NCBI GenBank assembly: GCA_031835245.2
Contig: JAVKOQ020000002.1
Coordinates: 62,001 to 126,000, forward strand
Origin: Balamuthia mandrillaris
Taxonomy: Eukaryota
Length of the DNA: 64,000 nt
Reading direction: 5' to 3'
The notes beneath the pieces are model-generated. The model was given only the letters and a program-made list of their open reading frames with translations. It did not search any database and was not told the origin of the DNA. Each line of letters opens with the position of its first letter. Within the stretch, counting starts at the first letter, position 1. The position numbers and the translations under genes were made by a program. This document shows positions 24,911-36,001 of this stretch, piece by piece.

Positions 24911-25100
24911 TAAACAAGCGGTGGTAACTTGATGACCTAGTCATACAGTACCAAACCATTACTGCATTTGAAACAAAAAAAAAATAATGATCGCTCCAAG
25001 AATAAAGTTGATGTGCGACGTTTCCGCATAATGTCCTAATTTGAGCGAAGTTGTTTGAAATTCGATTGGACAAATTAAACTGAAATAATCAAAAATTACG

Positions 25101-25143
25101 TGACGAGGGTGGGAGTCGAACCAACATGCTGCAATTAATGCAG
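25101..25143 (-). pseudogene. tRNA 3'-half relic (class II, Leu/Ser-like)
   Basis: The minus strand reads CTGCATTAATTGCAG-CAT-GTTGG-TTCGACT-CCCAC-CCTCGTC-A, i.e. a hairpin, a T arm with one mismatch, an acceptor 3' strand and a discriminator, followed by TTTTT. No 5' half is adjacent. Confidence 0.5.
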
Positions 25144-25179
25144 AAAAAAAGCGTAACGAAAAAGAAAGAGGAGAGAGAG

Positions 25180-25991
25180 ATGAGCAGACAAGGCGTTGCC
25201 CTCACCTTGGTGGTGTTTGCTGTCGTCGTTCTCAGCGCTGTACTTGGAACTCATGCAGGTTGCTCTCTTGTTTTTTTTAAAAAACCTCCCTTTCTTGCTT
25301 TCCTACTCCATCACCTCTTTTTCCCCCCTCTCAGCGCCTAACCGACCATCAATAATAAAAGGGCGACCTGTGGTGTTGTGGCACGGCATGGGCGACACTT
25401 GCTGCTACTCTTTCAGGTATCGTGCTTTCTCTTTTTTATGTTTTATTTGTTACAAGTGGTGCTAACTCAGGAGTGGACTGCATTTCCCAAACAAGCATGG
25501 GTCGCATCCAGAAGATGATCCAAACGCAAGTCCCTGACACCTACGTTTACAGCGTGGAGATCGGCGGCTCCATGGTGGCCGATGAGATCGAAGGTTTCCT
25601 CTCCAACGTCAACGACCAGGTGGACTTTGTATGCGACAAAGTGAAGAACGATCCCAAGCTGCAAGGCGGCTTCAACGCCATTGGCTTCAGCCAAGGCAGC
25701 CAGTTCCTTCGCGCCTACGTGGAGCGCTGCAACGACCCGCCCGTCTACAACCTCATCAGCATAGGCGGGCAGCACCAAGGCGTGGCCGACATTCCCAACT
25801 GTGTCACCCCCAACACCACTATCTGCACCATCGTCAACGAGGTCCTGGGCTTTGGCGTCTACAACTACTTTGTGCAGCGCAGCATCGTGCAGGCGCAGTA
25901 CTTCAAGGACCCTCTCCAATACGACAGCTACCTCGCCAACAACATCTTCCTTCCAGATATCAACAACGAAAAAGCGGTATGATGAAAATGC

Positions 25992-26030
<39 letters not shown>

Positions 26031-26432
26031 TCACCTAACCTTTTCATTCGCAAATAGGCAAAGAACCCTCTGTATAAGAAGCATCTTACAAGCTTGAATA
26101 AGTTTGTGTTGGTTAAGTTCTTGCGAGATTCAATGGTTGTGCCTCGTGAGAGCGAATGGTTCGGAGAATTCGCCAAAGGAAGCCTTTCCACCATCGTACC
26201 CATGAACGAAACTGATCTTTACAAACAGGTAAATATGTAACCTCACTTAGAGTTCCTTGTTTTGGTTTCTTTTTTCTTACTAGCCTCAAAAAAAACATAG
26301 GATTGGATTGGCCTCAAAACGTTGGACCAAAACGGCAAGCTTGTATTCTTATCTGTGGACGGCGACCACCTCCGATTCACCGACCAATGGTTCCAGCAAA
26401 ACATCATCGCGCCTTACCTCGCCGCCAACTAA
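25180..26432 (+). CDS. PPT1: Palmitoyl-protein thioesterase 1, multi-exon
   Basis: Signal peptide, RPVVLWHGMGDTCC, GFNAIGFSQGSQFLRAYVERC, NLISIGGQHQGV, FLPDINNE, DSMVVPRESEWFG, DWIGLKTLD and GDHLRF. Confidence 0.95.
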
Positions 26433-26551
26433 GCCTGTCCTCAGATGCTACCTTTTTCTTCTTCTTTTTCTTCTCTCTCTCTCTTTCTCTCTTTCTGTTT
26501 AGTCAAAAAACAAATAAATAAAAGGAATGAAACAAAGTAGTTTATCCTTCT

Positions 26552-27046
26552 CTATGTTGCAGTTGATTTTTTCAGTGCTGCAGCAACCCGATGTCTGCTC
26601 TTCTTTCTTCTTTTCATGTGAAGAATCGACATTGCAACTGCGATCAAAGCTGCAGTCAACGCAACCAGCAGTGGCACAACCACATAGACCACCAACAATG
26701 GATCCTCCTTGTTATCATTGTTTGACTGTCTATCATCCTGATCTTGCAACACCAATGAAAGATCTGCCAAGGAACTTCGTGAGAGAAGGAACAAAGTGAG
26801 CAAAGGAAAAATACCAACCAGGGTCAATGAAGCAAGAATTGGTGAATGAAGGCAGCTGAAACTGGAAATGAATCAAGCCTTCAGCATCTATAGCATGTGT
26901 GAATGGAATCTGAAGCAATTGATCGTCCACCAATGCTTTGAGGATAAGCGCGGCAACAACCTGCACAGGAGTATTTGTTTTGCTGGTGCATTCCACCGCA
27001 CTTTCCGTTGTAACACAATTTGGAGCTGTGGGCGCGATATGTAGGT

Positions 27047-27082
<36 letters not shown>

Positions 27083-28157
27083 TTATCGTTTAAAAAAAAT
27101 GAGGTTGAGTCAACGAAATACTCTGGGTGTGCTTACCCTGAAAGCGTGCCTCTGAGACCAAGCGCAACGTGATATTCCAAGTGAATCCGGAAGAGGGAGA
27201 AACAAACGGCCAGCGTTGCATCAGCACAGAGGACTTTACTGAAGGGCCAGTAGTCAAGGTCACATTGAAGCCTGGAATAACCTCAAGAATTTGCTCGGTT
27301 GCTAACACCACGTGCGAAATGGACAAAGAAGAGGTGCTAAGGTTTAAAATTGCCGTATGTTCCACATTGCCCTCTTTCGTGATTCTGTCTGGCAACTTCA
27401 TCCAAGTGTCCCCAGAACCAATGATCTCTCCAGTGCTTTTCGCTACAAAAGTCCCATAAGAGGCCAGTACCTGAAAACCAGGCGCTTCCACCGAAGAAAG
27501 TATCAGATCAGGGCTATTCCGCACCAAGTCCACGTCAAGAGGGAGCTTTTGTCCTTCCTGGCTGTCGCTTGACTCATCATCTGAGGATGACGAAGAAGAA
27601 GAAGAAGAAGAAGAAGACGCAGAAGAAAAAGAAGAAGAAGAAGCAGAAGAATTTTGCGAACTGCTGCTGTCTGGTGGGCAGTAAGTAAAATTTTCAAAAT
27701 AAAATGTGCAAGGAGATATCCCATCGTATGAGAAGTTATAGGGAACCGAATTAGACGAATATACTGGTGGATCCACTACGGAAATTGACGCGGTACTTAG
27801 TACCGCGCAATCCACAGTGATGGTGACGTCCACCAAAGGGGCAGGAGGGATGGTGGTGAGGCTTAATCGGAAGTTTGGAGCAGCAAGAGCTTCAATAGCA
27901 ATCAGTGCCAAGGGTTGAGGATTACTGGGGCTGGAGGAGCTGAGGTAGCTGCAACAAAGTTGGCTTGTGTTCACTGTGGGGAGCCATTCACAGTTGTCAA
28001 ACGTCATGGTCGCTGGCTGACCGAGCACAAGGAAGGGCTGATTTATGGGCCCGGAAATACTGCCAAAAGAAGGTTCGCATTGTTGCGCTTGGTACAAAGG
28101 AAAAGAAGGCATAAGCAAAAGGAAAAAAATTGCGTTCTGTGCTGGAAGGACTCGCAT
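26552..28157 (-). CDS. Uncharacterised type-I membrane/cell-surface protein with a Ser-rich linker
   Basis: Signal-like N-terminus, beta-rich ectodomain, poly-Ser, and a C-terminal TM segment (LLVVYVVVPLLVALTAALIAVAMSIL) followed by basic KRRKKSR. Confidence 0.7.
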
Positions 28158-28382
28158 TTTCGTATTCTTTTGCAATTAACAAGCCGGCCAGCAAAGTAAT
28201 ACTGCTTAGAATGTTATGTTTTCAAATTGCGCTTCAATTAATATTTGCCTTATCTTCCGAAAAGTCGATCGAGTTTAATTGTATTAATTGCGACTGCTAC
28301 GGTCGGTCGTTGCCTCTGGATCAAACCACTACCGTTGTGGGCTAAGCAGATCGTTCTGCTTCCGGAGGGCAAAAAATAATGT

Positions 28383-28464
28383 CGACAATGGCAGGATTCG
28401 AACCTGCGCGGGCAGAGCCCAACGCATTAGCAGTGCGTCGCCTTAACCACTCGGCCACATTGTC
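28383..28464 (-). tRNA. trnS-GCU: tRNA-Ser(GCU)
   Basis: 82 nt: GACAATGTGGCCGAGTGGTTAAGGCG-ACGCA-CT-GCT-AA-TGCGT-TGGGCTCTGCCCGC-GCAGGTTCGAATCCTGC-CATTGTC-G. It forms a full cloverleaf with a long variable arm and has a T-run downstream. Confidence 0.98.
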
Positions 28465-28598
28465 TTATCGTGAAAAGGCTATCTTTTCACTGTATGGTTG
28501 TTCGCTCATTGTCTTTGAATTTTTCTTTTTGTTACAAAAATTAGTGTGCAACAGAGCCGGAAAAAGTGGGGCGAGCGGAGGGGGAAGAAGGAGATACG

Positions 28599-28770
28599 AT
28601 GAGAGAGGCGATGCCTTTGCCGGATAGCTTTCGGCTGGTGACGACTGCGGACCAGCTTGTCTTGGAACCTTCCAACTCCAAGCTGCACTCCACTCGGTTG
28701 GAAATCGACAGAACCACTGGTACTTTTGCTGTGCGGCCGGCTGGTCAGTAGCATCCCTCTTTCTCCTCTT

Positions 28771-28846
<76 letters not shown>

Positions 28847-30923
28847 TCAGTTATTCCATGAAACTAAAAGTGAAACAAAGGAGGACCGGCAGCAGGCAGC
28901 CCTGGCACAACTCAAGAAATCTTTGGGTTGGTTGGCGTCATTCGCCTCCTTGGCGGTAGGCCACTACTCTTTCTTCTTTGCTTCAACCTCTCTGTCCTTA
29001 CGTTGTTTTTTGTCTTTCTTTTTGTTTTCAAAACATAGGCCCCTACCTCGTGGTCATCACGAAGCGCCAGTTGGTAGGTCTGTTGCAAGGGCATCATGTG
29101 TGGCGCGTGGCGGCCACCAAGATCATTCCTTTTGTGACCACCCACCTCTCGAACGAGAGGCAAAGAGATGAGGCTCGCTACTTGGCCATGCTGCGCAACA
29201 TTCTTGCCACCAAGTACTTTTACTTCTCGACTACCTGCGACATCACCACGCGGCTTCAGGTGCGTTTGTCAAAGGAAAAGAGTGGAAGCGAGGAGGAACC
29301 GAGGAGTGCTGCTCTTTGGGAGAAGGTATAGACTTTTTATGTTCGTTAGCTTCTTCTCCTCTCTGTCTAGCTTTACTTATTGGTATCTCTTCTTTCCTCT
29401 TCTTCCATTCTCTCTCCGGTGCTCTCTGCTCCGTCAAAGGTGGATCCACGATTCTTTTGGAACAAGCACTTGTCGAAGGACCTTATCGCCAACCAACTGG
29501 ACCAATGGATTCTGCCCCTCATGATGGGCTACATCCATATCGAGAACGACATTCGCCTTGGTGACTCTGTCTTTGACTATGTCCTCATCTCCAGAAGAAA
29601 CCTCAACCGTGCTGGCACTCGATACAACGTTCGAGGCGTGGATGAGAAGGGCGAAGTAGCCAACAATGTCGAAACAGAGCAAATCTTGCTTGTGAAACAG
29701 CGTGGCTCCAGAGCTACTACTACCGTCGACTGTTGCTCCTTTGTGCAGACACGTGGCTCCATTCCGATCTTTTGGAACCAGCATCCAGACATCTCCTACA
29801 AGCCTAGAGCTCATATTCGTCCTACCAAAACTCATAGCGTTTGTGCTCACTTCTCTCCCTCTCCCTCTCCCTCTCCCTCTCCCTCTCCCTCTCCCTCTCT
29901 CTCCGTACTGAAGTGTATAACTTCACATTACAGGCTAGATCTATTGCTTTGCATTTTGATAAGCAAATATCACAATATGGAAGGCAAGTCTTGGTCAACC
30001 TCATCAATCAGAAAGGCTTTGAAGGAACGCTTGCTCAAGAATATGAAAACCACGTACATAATCTTCTGCTCTCTACTTTCACTCTTCTCTTATACTCAAA
30101 TAATAACAGGTAAATCAATTGGAAGTGGTATCAAAACTGCGCTATGTAGCATTTGACTTTCACAAGGAATGCAAACAAAACTGGAATCGTCTTCATGACC
30201 TTATGGATAACTTGCAGGATGACATCGAGAAATTTGGTTTCCTTTCCTTTGATACAAAGGACCACAACATTACCACCAGACAAGACGGAGTCTTCCGAAC
30301 AAACTGTATTGATAACTTGGACCGAACAAATGTAGTTCAGGTAATGATCATCTCCTTAACATCCTTTCATCAACTAACTTGCGCGCACAAACTCGATTCT
30401 GATCAGAGCATGATTGCTAGACGCAGCCTGGAACTCCAGTTGAGGTATGTTGGCATTCTAGCTGAAGGAGACTTCATCGCCAACCATCCCGACTTGGACT
30501 CTCGATTGAAGCATGGTACTTCCTATCACTAACATGGATAAAAGCCCTTACTAAGCAAACCCAACTGTTCGTACTCCTTTAGTGTGGGCGAACAACGCGG
30601 ATACCATCAGCTTCCAGTATGCAGGTACTGGCGCTCTCAAAACGGATTTTACTCGTACCGGAAAGAGAACGCTGAGAGGCGTGGTCAATGATGGAGCCAA
30701 CAGTGTCACTCGTTACTTTCTCAACAACTTCAAAGACGGATTTCGGCAGGTACCTATCTCTCTCTCGCTCTCTTCCTTCGACCTTAAAAAAAATGCATCT
30801 ATTTACTCCTTAAAAAAAATAAGGACTCGTTCGACTTGTTCTTGGGCAATTACATCGTTGATGAGCAAAGCGCTATCACCACTTCACCTTTCAACAACTA
30901 CAGACCTGTTCTCTCCATCATTG

Positions 30924-30981
<58 letters not shown>

Positions 30982-31351
30982 TACCACAAAACTAAATGAC
31001 ATAATTTTGTGTTTGTAGTGCATGATTGCTATTCTGATCGGTGCTGTAATGTTCTTAGCTTCCATCTTTGCGCCAGAAGGTCTTTTTTTGTTTTTGTTTT
31101 TTGCTTTTTGTTTTATTACAATAACACATCTTTCTTCCTTGCGTAAAACAGAAGAAGAAGGAATAGTGTATCAGATTCTAGTGATATTGTTTTGGTTGGG
31201 CGGATTGGCCGCTTCCGCTAAGATACTTATGCTTTATGGACCCGACCTTGTGGATAGGCCTCAGCTCGGCGTCCATCCTTGGCGACCTTGGACTTCCACG
31301 CCTAAGGCCAACAACTCAAGCAACTCTGTTGCCGCTCCCCATGATGACTAA
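28599..31351 (+). CDS. SAC1: SAC1 phosphoinositide phosphatase, multi-exon
   Basis: [53 protein letters not shown], catalytic [30 protein letters not shown], and two C-terminal TM segments. Confidence 0.96.
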
Positions 31352-31475
31352 CAAGTTATATTATCATCAAGTCCTAAAAGCAAACAAAGAAGTTCATTCT
31401 CACCATTCCTCTTCTTTTTTCTTTTCTCTTTCTTTTTCGAAAGCAGAAAGAAGGAAAGCTAAAGAAGGAAGTAAA

Positions 31476-32796
31476 ATGGAAGGAGACAACAGCAACAAGA
31501 AAGAGGTTGGGTTGTTGGAGCGGTGGCAAACGAGCTTTTTCCACGAGAAAGGTTTCCTGGTGTTGTCCCCACAGCAGCTTCTGCCGTTTCTATCGGCGTT
31601 GAGGGAAGAGCTTGGCTTCCTTCTTCAACAACGCAGAGAACAAAGGGAAGAAGCACTGGAACAAACTGAAGGATGTATTCTTGGTTCGTTTTGTTTTTGT
31701 TTACTGCGTGCACCTACAGGTTGGGCCTCGACTAAATGCTCCGTGGTTTACCACAGAGCCCATGAGCCGTCAGCGTGGTAACGCCTCGTGTCGAACGGAT
31801 AGAGAAGCTTACATGGCGGAGCGTTCGTGCGTGTGCGGGCCAGCTTCTGCTTCCTGCTCTGCTGTCATTGCGAGAGAGTTGTTGTTTGGAGCTTACCTGG
31901 GAGAAGTCTTATCTTCTCCATTTGGTAACACACGAGAAGTGTGCCTTGTACGTATTCACTCGTTGTCGCACTGTCGCTTTTTCTCACTGGATCCACTTTT
32001 TGTTGGCCACCCTTCAAATTTTGAAACAGCTCAACGAACAGTACATAGTTAAAACTGAGAACTCGGGTGATGCCTCCCGTTTCGCTTATCATCAGGTTCA
32101 CCTTTCTTCTTCTTCTTCTTCTTCTTCTTCTTCTTCTTCTTCTTCTTCTTCTTCTTCTTGTTCTTGTTCTTGTTCTTGTTCTTGTTCTTGTTCTTGTTCT
32201 TGTTCTTCTTCTTCTTCTTCTTCTTCTTCGTCTCTCTTTTTTACACCTTAAAGGACAGAAGATACTTGGACAGCGGCGAAGGAGCAAAAACACTTCGCAC
32301 AACAGAAAGGCCATACATCTCCGCTTGGATAGCGATGGACGACATGGACGAAGAAAACGGCTGCCTTTATATCTTACCCTATCCCCCTCCTCCTTCATCT
32401 TTACCCACAAACCCTCACCTTTGCTTCACTTCACCGGAAGAGTACACGCGACATCATCGAGAGATGGCAGCTCGTTATCCCGACGAAAAAGAACTTCGAA
32501 GACAGGAAGCTGAGGAGATAGAGAACGGAGAGGAGATCGAAGGAGAGCACGCTTTGATCCTTCCTCAAGGCAGCCTCGTCCTCTTGTCGTCCATGGTGTG
32601 GCACCGCAGCGGGCCGAACTATTCCTCGCAGCAGCGAAGAGCGTACATGCCTCAGTTCAGTTGGGGTCCCCAGTTCACCTCCTCTTCTGCCGATGCCTCC
32701 TCATCAACTCTATCACGGATAGCGCAGCAGAATGGATCTACATCGGATGGCTTGGTGGCCTTTGCAGTGCCTCTCTTTGAAGATACTTTTCCTTGA
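31476..32796 (+). CDS. Phytanoyl-CoA dioxygenase-like Fe/2OG oxygenase, multi-exon
   Basis: FFHEKGFLV, LNEQYIVK, FAYHQ/D (HxD split by an intron), ISAWIAMDDMDEENGCLYILP and VWHRSGPN..QRRAYMPQF. Confidence 0.85.
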
Positions 32797-32799
32797 ACG

Positions 32800-32844
<45 letters not shown>

Positions 32845-32877
32845 TTCGCGGGGTATCAAGATAACTTACAAGAAGGC

Positions 32878-34308
32878 CTACAATAAGGTCAGGTTCCACA
32901 ATTCTAACTCTCCCACTCTATCATACTCAAAGTATTGCGGTATGCAGTCTGTGGGAATAAGTGTGCCCTTGAAATGTGGCCGTCCTTCCGTCTTTGCTTG
33001 TTCCTCGACTCCCTGCTCATCATCCGAAGCGACAAAGTAGGTGCGGAAATGAGAGTAAGCCTTTGCCGTGGGAGCCAGGTCTTCCAACGTGAAGTTTATC
33101 CGCTTCTCGATAGCGATGTAGGCTGTGGCTGGTTGTCTACCTCCTTCTTCACTCTCTGTCAATTGCATAAGTTGTCTGCACGAGGTTGTTAAAAAACCAA
33201 GTGTAGAAGAACATAAAGAGGAAAGGTGAAACCTTAGTGTGTGGAAGAAACTGTCTGTAATGCTGTCCTCATAAATAACTAGAAGCAGAAGGCGATCAGC
33301 AGTTGCATAAGTGCAGGAGTTAAAAGTTGTTACCATCAGCCGCCAGAAATACAGACACACGGGCTACCGCTTTCATTTCTTCACATGACCAACAGAACCG
33401 TTCATCCTTGCAGCCACCATTCTCTTCTGCCGTTTGAATGCCTTTGCTCCAATCCAACCTTCACAGGAACATTCAAAACATGTTATTAGCGGCTGCAGCA
33501 TAGAACGCAAGGAAAGAAAAAGAAGAAAAGAAGGAATAGAGAGAGGCGAGAGAGAGAGAGTACTTCTTGACATGAACAGGATTGGAGGAACAGGCACGAC
33601 CACTGTTGAATAAGTAGGAGTTTAGTTGGATATTTCGCTCGCAGTTTTTCAGTATCTCCTCCTCATAGTCTTCATTCGTTCGTTCACAAAGATAACGCAT
33701 AAAATCAGCACAACAGCGAACTGCTTTTAAAAAAAAATGAGAACACATAATAACAGGAACGGGCTAGTACCAGTGGCCCATAGCGTGCTGGCAAACATGG
33801 CCATCACGATGGAAGTAAGCCCAACGCCACAGCCCAGGTCCATCGCGCTGCAGCCCTGAAACAAGCGATGCCCCTCATAGAGGAGATAATCCGACAGCAA
33901 CAGAGCGCCTCGCCACAGCTGCAGCCCCACCGAGCAAAGCGGCGACGCCATCGAGTGCACCAGTGTTATCACCGGTTGTTGTTGTGTTTCCTCTCCTGTG
34001 CCCACCTTGCGCCTTACGACAATGAGGTCTCCTTCCTCATCGACTGCAAAACCTCCTTCTCTGTTGGAGGCGGCCTTGTTCTCTTCATCGGGCCTGGGTT
34101 GGCTAGAAGCGAGAGGTAGCACGATGTTCAACCGAGTGATAAAGCGGTCCTCACCTACGCCAGCTGTTGGTTGTGGTATCTCCGTGATGTGCACCTCAGA
34201 CAGAAATACTTCTTTTTCATGCTCCAGCAGACCTTCCTCTTCCTCCTCTTCTTCTTCCTCCTCGCCACCAGCGACTTCTCTTATTTCTTCGTTCTTCATT
34301 GCGTACAT
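32878..34308 (-). CDS. METTL22: METTL22-like lysine methyltransferase (family 16), multi-exon
   Basis: VDEEGDLIVVRR, HSMASPLCSVGLQLWRGALLLSDY, DLGCGVGLTSI, VIYEDSITDSFF, IAIEKRINFTL and PQYFEYDR..ELELW. Confidence 0.88.
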
Positions 34309-34522
34309 GCTGGACTACTGTCTCGCGACGGAGGACTCTCATGCCAAGTAGATCACCGTATTGCTCCCCTTAAATTTCTCAGCCCAATGTCGACAATAAT
34401 AAATTTTAGGTCGACATGAGAAGTTGTATGACGTCATCGCTGTCGAAGGGTCGCAACTAAGGACCCATCGGTTTTTTTTTGGGGCTATTTAAGTGGACGC
34501 CAATTTGTTTTTTCCTACAAAC

Positions 34523-34597
34523 TAACAAACAAACAAACAATCAAACAAGCAAACAAACAAACAATCAAACAAACAAACAATCAATCAAACAAACAAA
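34523..34597 (+). repeat. (CAAA)n/(CAAT) tetranucleotide tract directly upstream of the 34613 ATG
   Basis: aacaaacaaacaaacaatcaaacaagcaaacaaac... is seen directly. Confidence 0.9.
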
Positions 34598-34612
34598 TAT
34601 ACTCTATCCCCC

Positions 34613-36001
34613 ATGAACCCTCCATCGCTGTTGACTACTTGTCCAGCTGGCCACATCCACGTGCATGCGCACCCATACCTCATCACCATCATCAACAAAG
34701 TCCTCCCGCCCGAGGTTCTGACACAGATCCTAACGGACGTGGGGCTGGTGGGATTGGAGGGCCTGGTGCGTAGCGTATGCAAGCACTGGAATGCCATAAT
34801 ATTGTACCTGGCTGGAAGAAGACCTGTGATCAGCCTGCGATGCATAACGCAGTGGTGCAATACAGCGGCATGGAGTGACCGCGAAAAACCATCAAATATC
34901 GTGGCCGCTAAGCCCTCGGAGTACTGCGAGCCACCGCCGCCGCCCTACATCCGCTGGAAATATGCTTTGGCGGAGGCCGCGGGGTACTACGGCGGCGAGC
35001 TCATGGACATGATGTTCGCTAGGCGCATCCGCGCTGGCACCACCGCGCAGATGCGCTTTAGTCAGGGAGACCTGCACAAGCGAGTGATTGTAGGCGCCAT
35101 AAAGGGAGGTCGGGTGGACGTATTGGACTTGCTGCTTCGAACAGGTGGTGGTGAGTTCATGCACCTCTTTTACCGAAAGCTCCACCACGCCGAGAAATGG
35201 GCGGTAGCGGCCGTCCGTGGCAGGATTCAGGTCATGAATTGGATGAAACACAAACTGGGGGCCTTTGATGAGAGAGAGGTGACTAGCGTCTGTGGGGCGG
35301 CACGCTTCGGCCGCTTGGACACGCTCGAATGGTACTGGGCGAATAGCAGGGATCGAGTCAAGCTCTTCACTGCGCCCGTGATCCTATCGGAGGCCGCCAG
35401 GTGCGGGCAATTGGGGGTGGTCCAGTGGCTCAGAGTGCTGTTCGCTCCGCCTCTCCCTTGGCCCGAGGACATCGTGGAACTGGCGGTGGAATCCGGGAAC
35501 ACTGACTTGGTGCGATGGTTGGAGACGTCGTACTCCTGGGACGCGTTTCGAGCCTGGGACTACAAAAGGGCCATGAAAGCCGCCGCCCGTCAGGGACACG
35601 TGGAGATGGCGCAACTCGTGGCGGAGGTGGTGCAACGCCGCTGCATGCTTGACGACAGCAAGATCCGACAGGGGTACTTGTGTGCAGCCGATTATGCAGC
35701 CATTTACGGCCGAGCGGACATTCTACGATGGGTAAAGGGGCGTGTGGGCGGGCCGTTCCATGAGACCCTGCCAGAGTTCAACGCCATGGCCCACATGCTC
35801 GGACGCACCATCCCGGCAACGAACACCGCACCAACCCCGTGCGTAAGGCTCGAAAAATACCACGAGGTGGCCGTCCCCAACGACGACGTGGATCGCTTCC
35901 TGCTGGAGGAACATGCGCTCTGCCTGTCGGCCAAGCATCCGGGAGTCTTTGAGGAGCTGCTTCGCACCGGCAAAAAAAAAAGAAAAAGGTCGGAAGAATA
36001 A
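34613..36001 (+). CDS. Intronless F-box-like + degenerate ankyrin-like repeat protein, viral-like
   Basis: 462-aa ORF with LPPEVLTQIL..VCKHWN (F-box-like). Repeats include AARFGRLDTLEW, AARCGQLGVVQWL, AVESGNTDLVRWL, AARQGHVEMAQ and AAIYGRADILRW, and the C-terminus has KKKRKR. Confidence 0.8.
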   Translation: MNPPSLLTTCPAGHIHVHAHPYLITIINKVLPPEVLTQILTDVGLVGLEGLVRSVCKHWNAIILYLAGRRPVISLRCITQWCNTAAWSDREKPSNIVAAKPSEYCEPPPPPYIRWKYALAEAAGYYGGELMDMMFARRIRAGTTAQMRFSQGDLHKRVIVGAIKGGRVDVLDLLLRTGGGEFMHLFYRKLHHAEKWAVAAVRGRIQVMNWMKHKLGAFDEREVTSVCGAARFGRLDTLEWYWANSRDRVKLFTAPVILSEAARCGQLGVVQWLRVLFAPPLPWPEDIVELAVESGNTDLVRWLETSYSWDAFRAWDYKRAMKAAARQGHVEMAQLVAEVVQRRCMLDDSKIRQGYLCAADYAAIYGRADILRWVKGRVGGPFHETLPEFNAMAHMLGRTIPATNTAPTPCVRLEKYHEVAVPNDDVDRFLLEEHALCLSAKHPGVFEELLRTGKKKRKRSEE

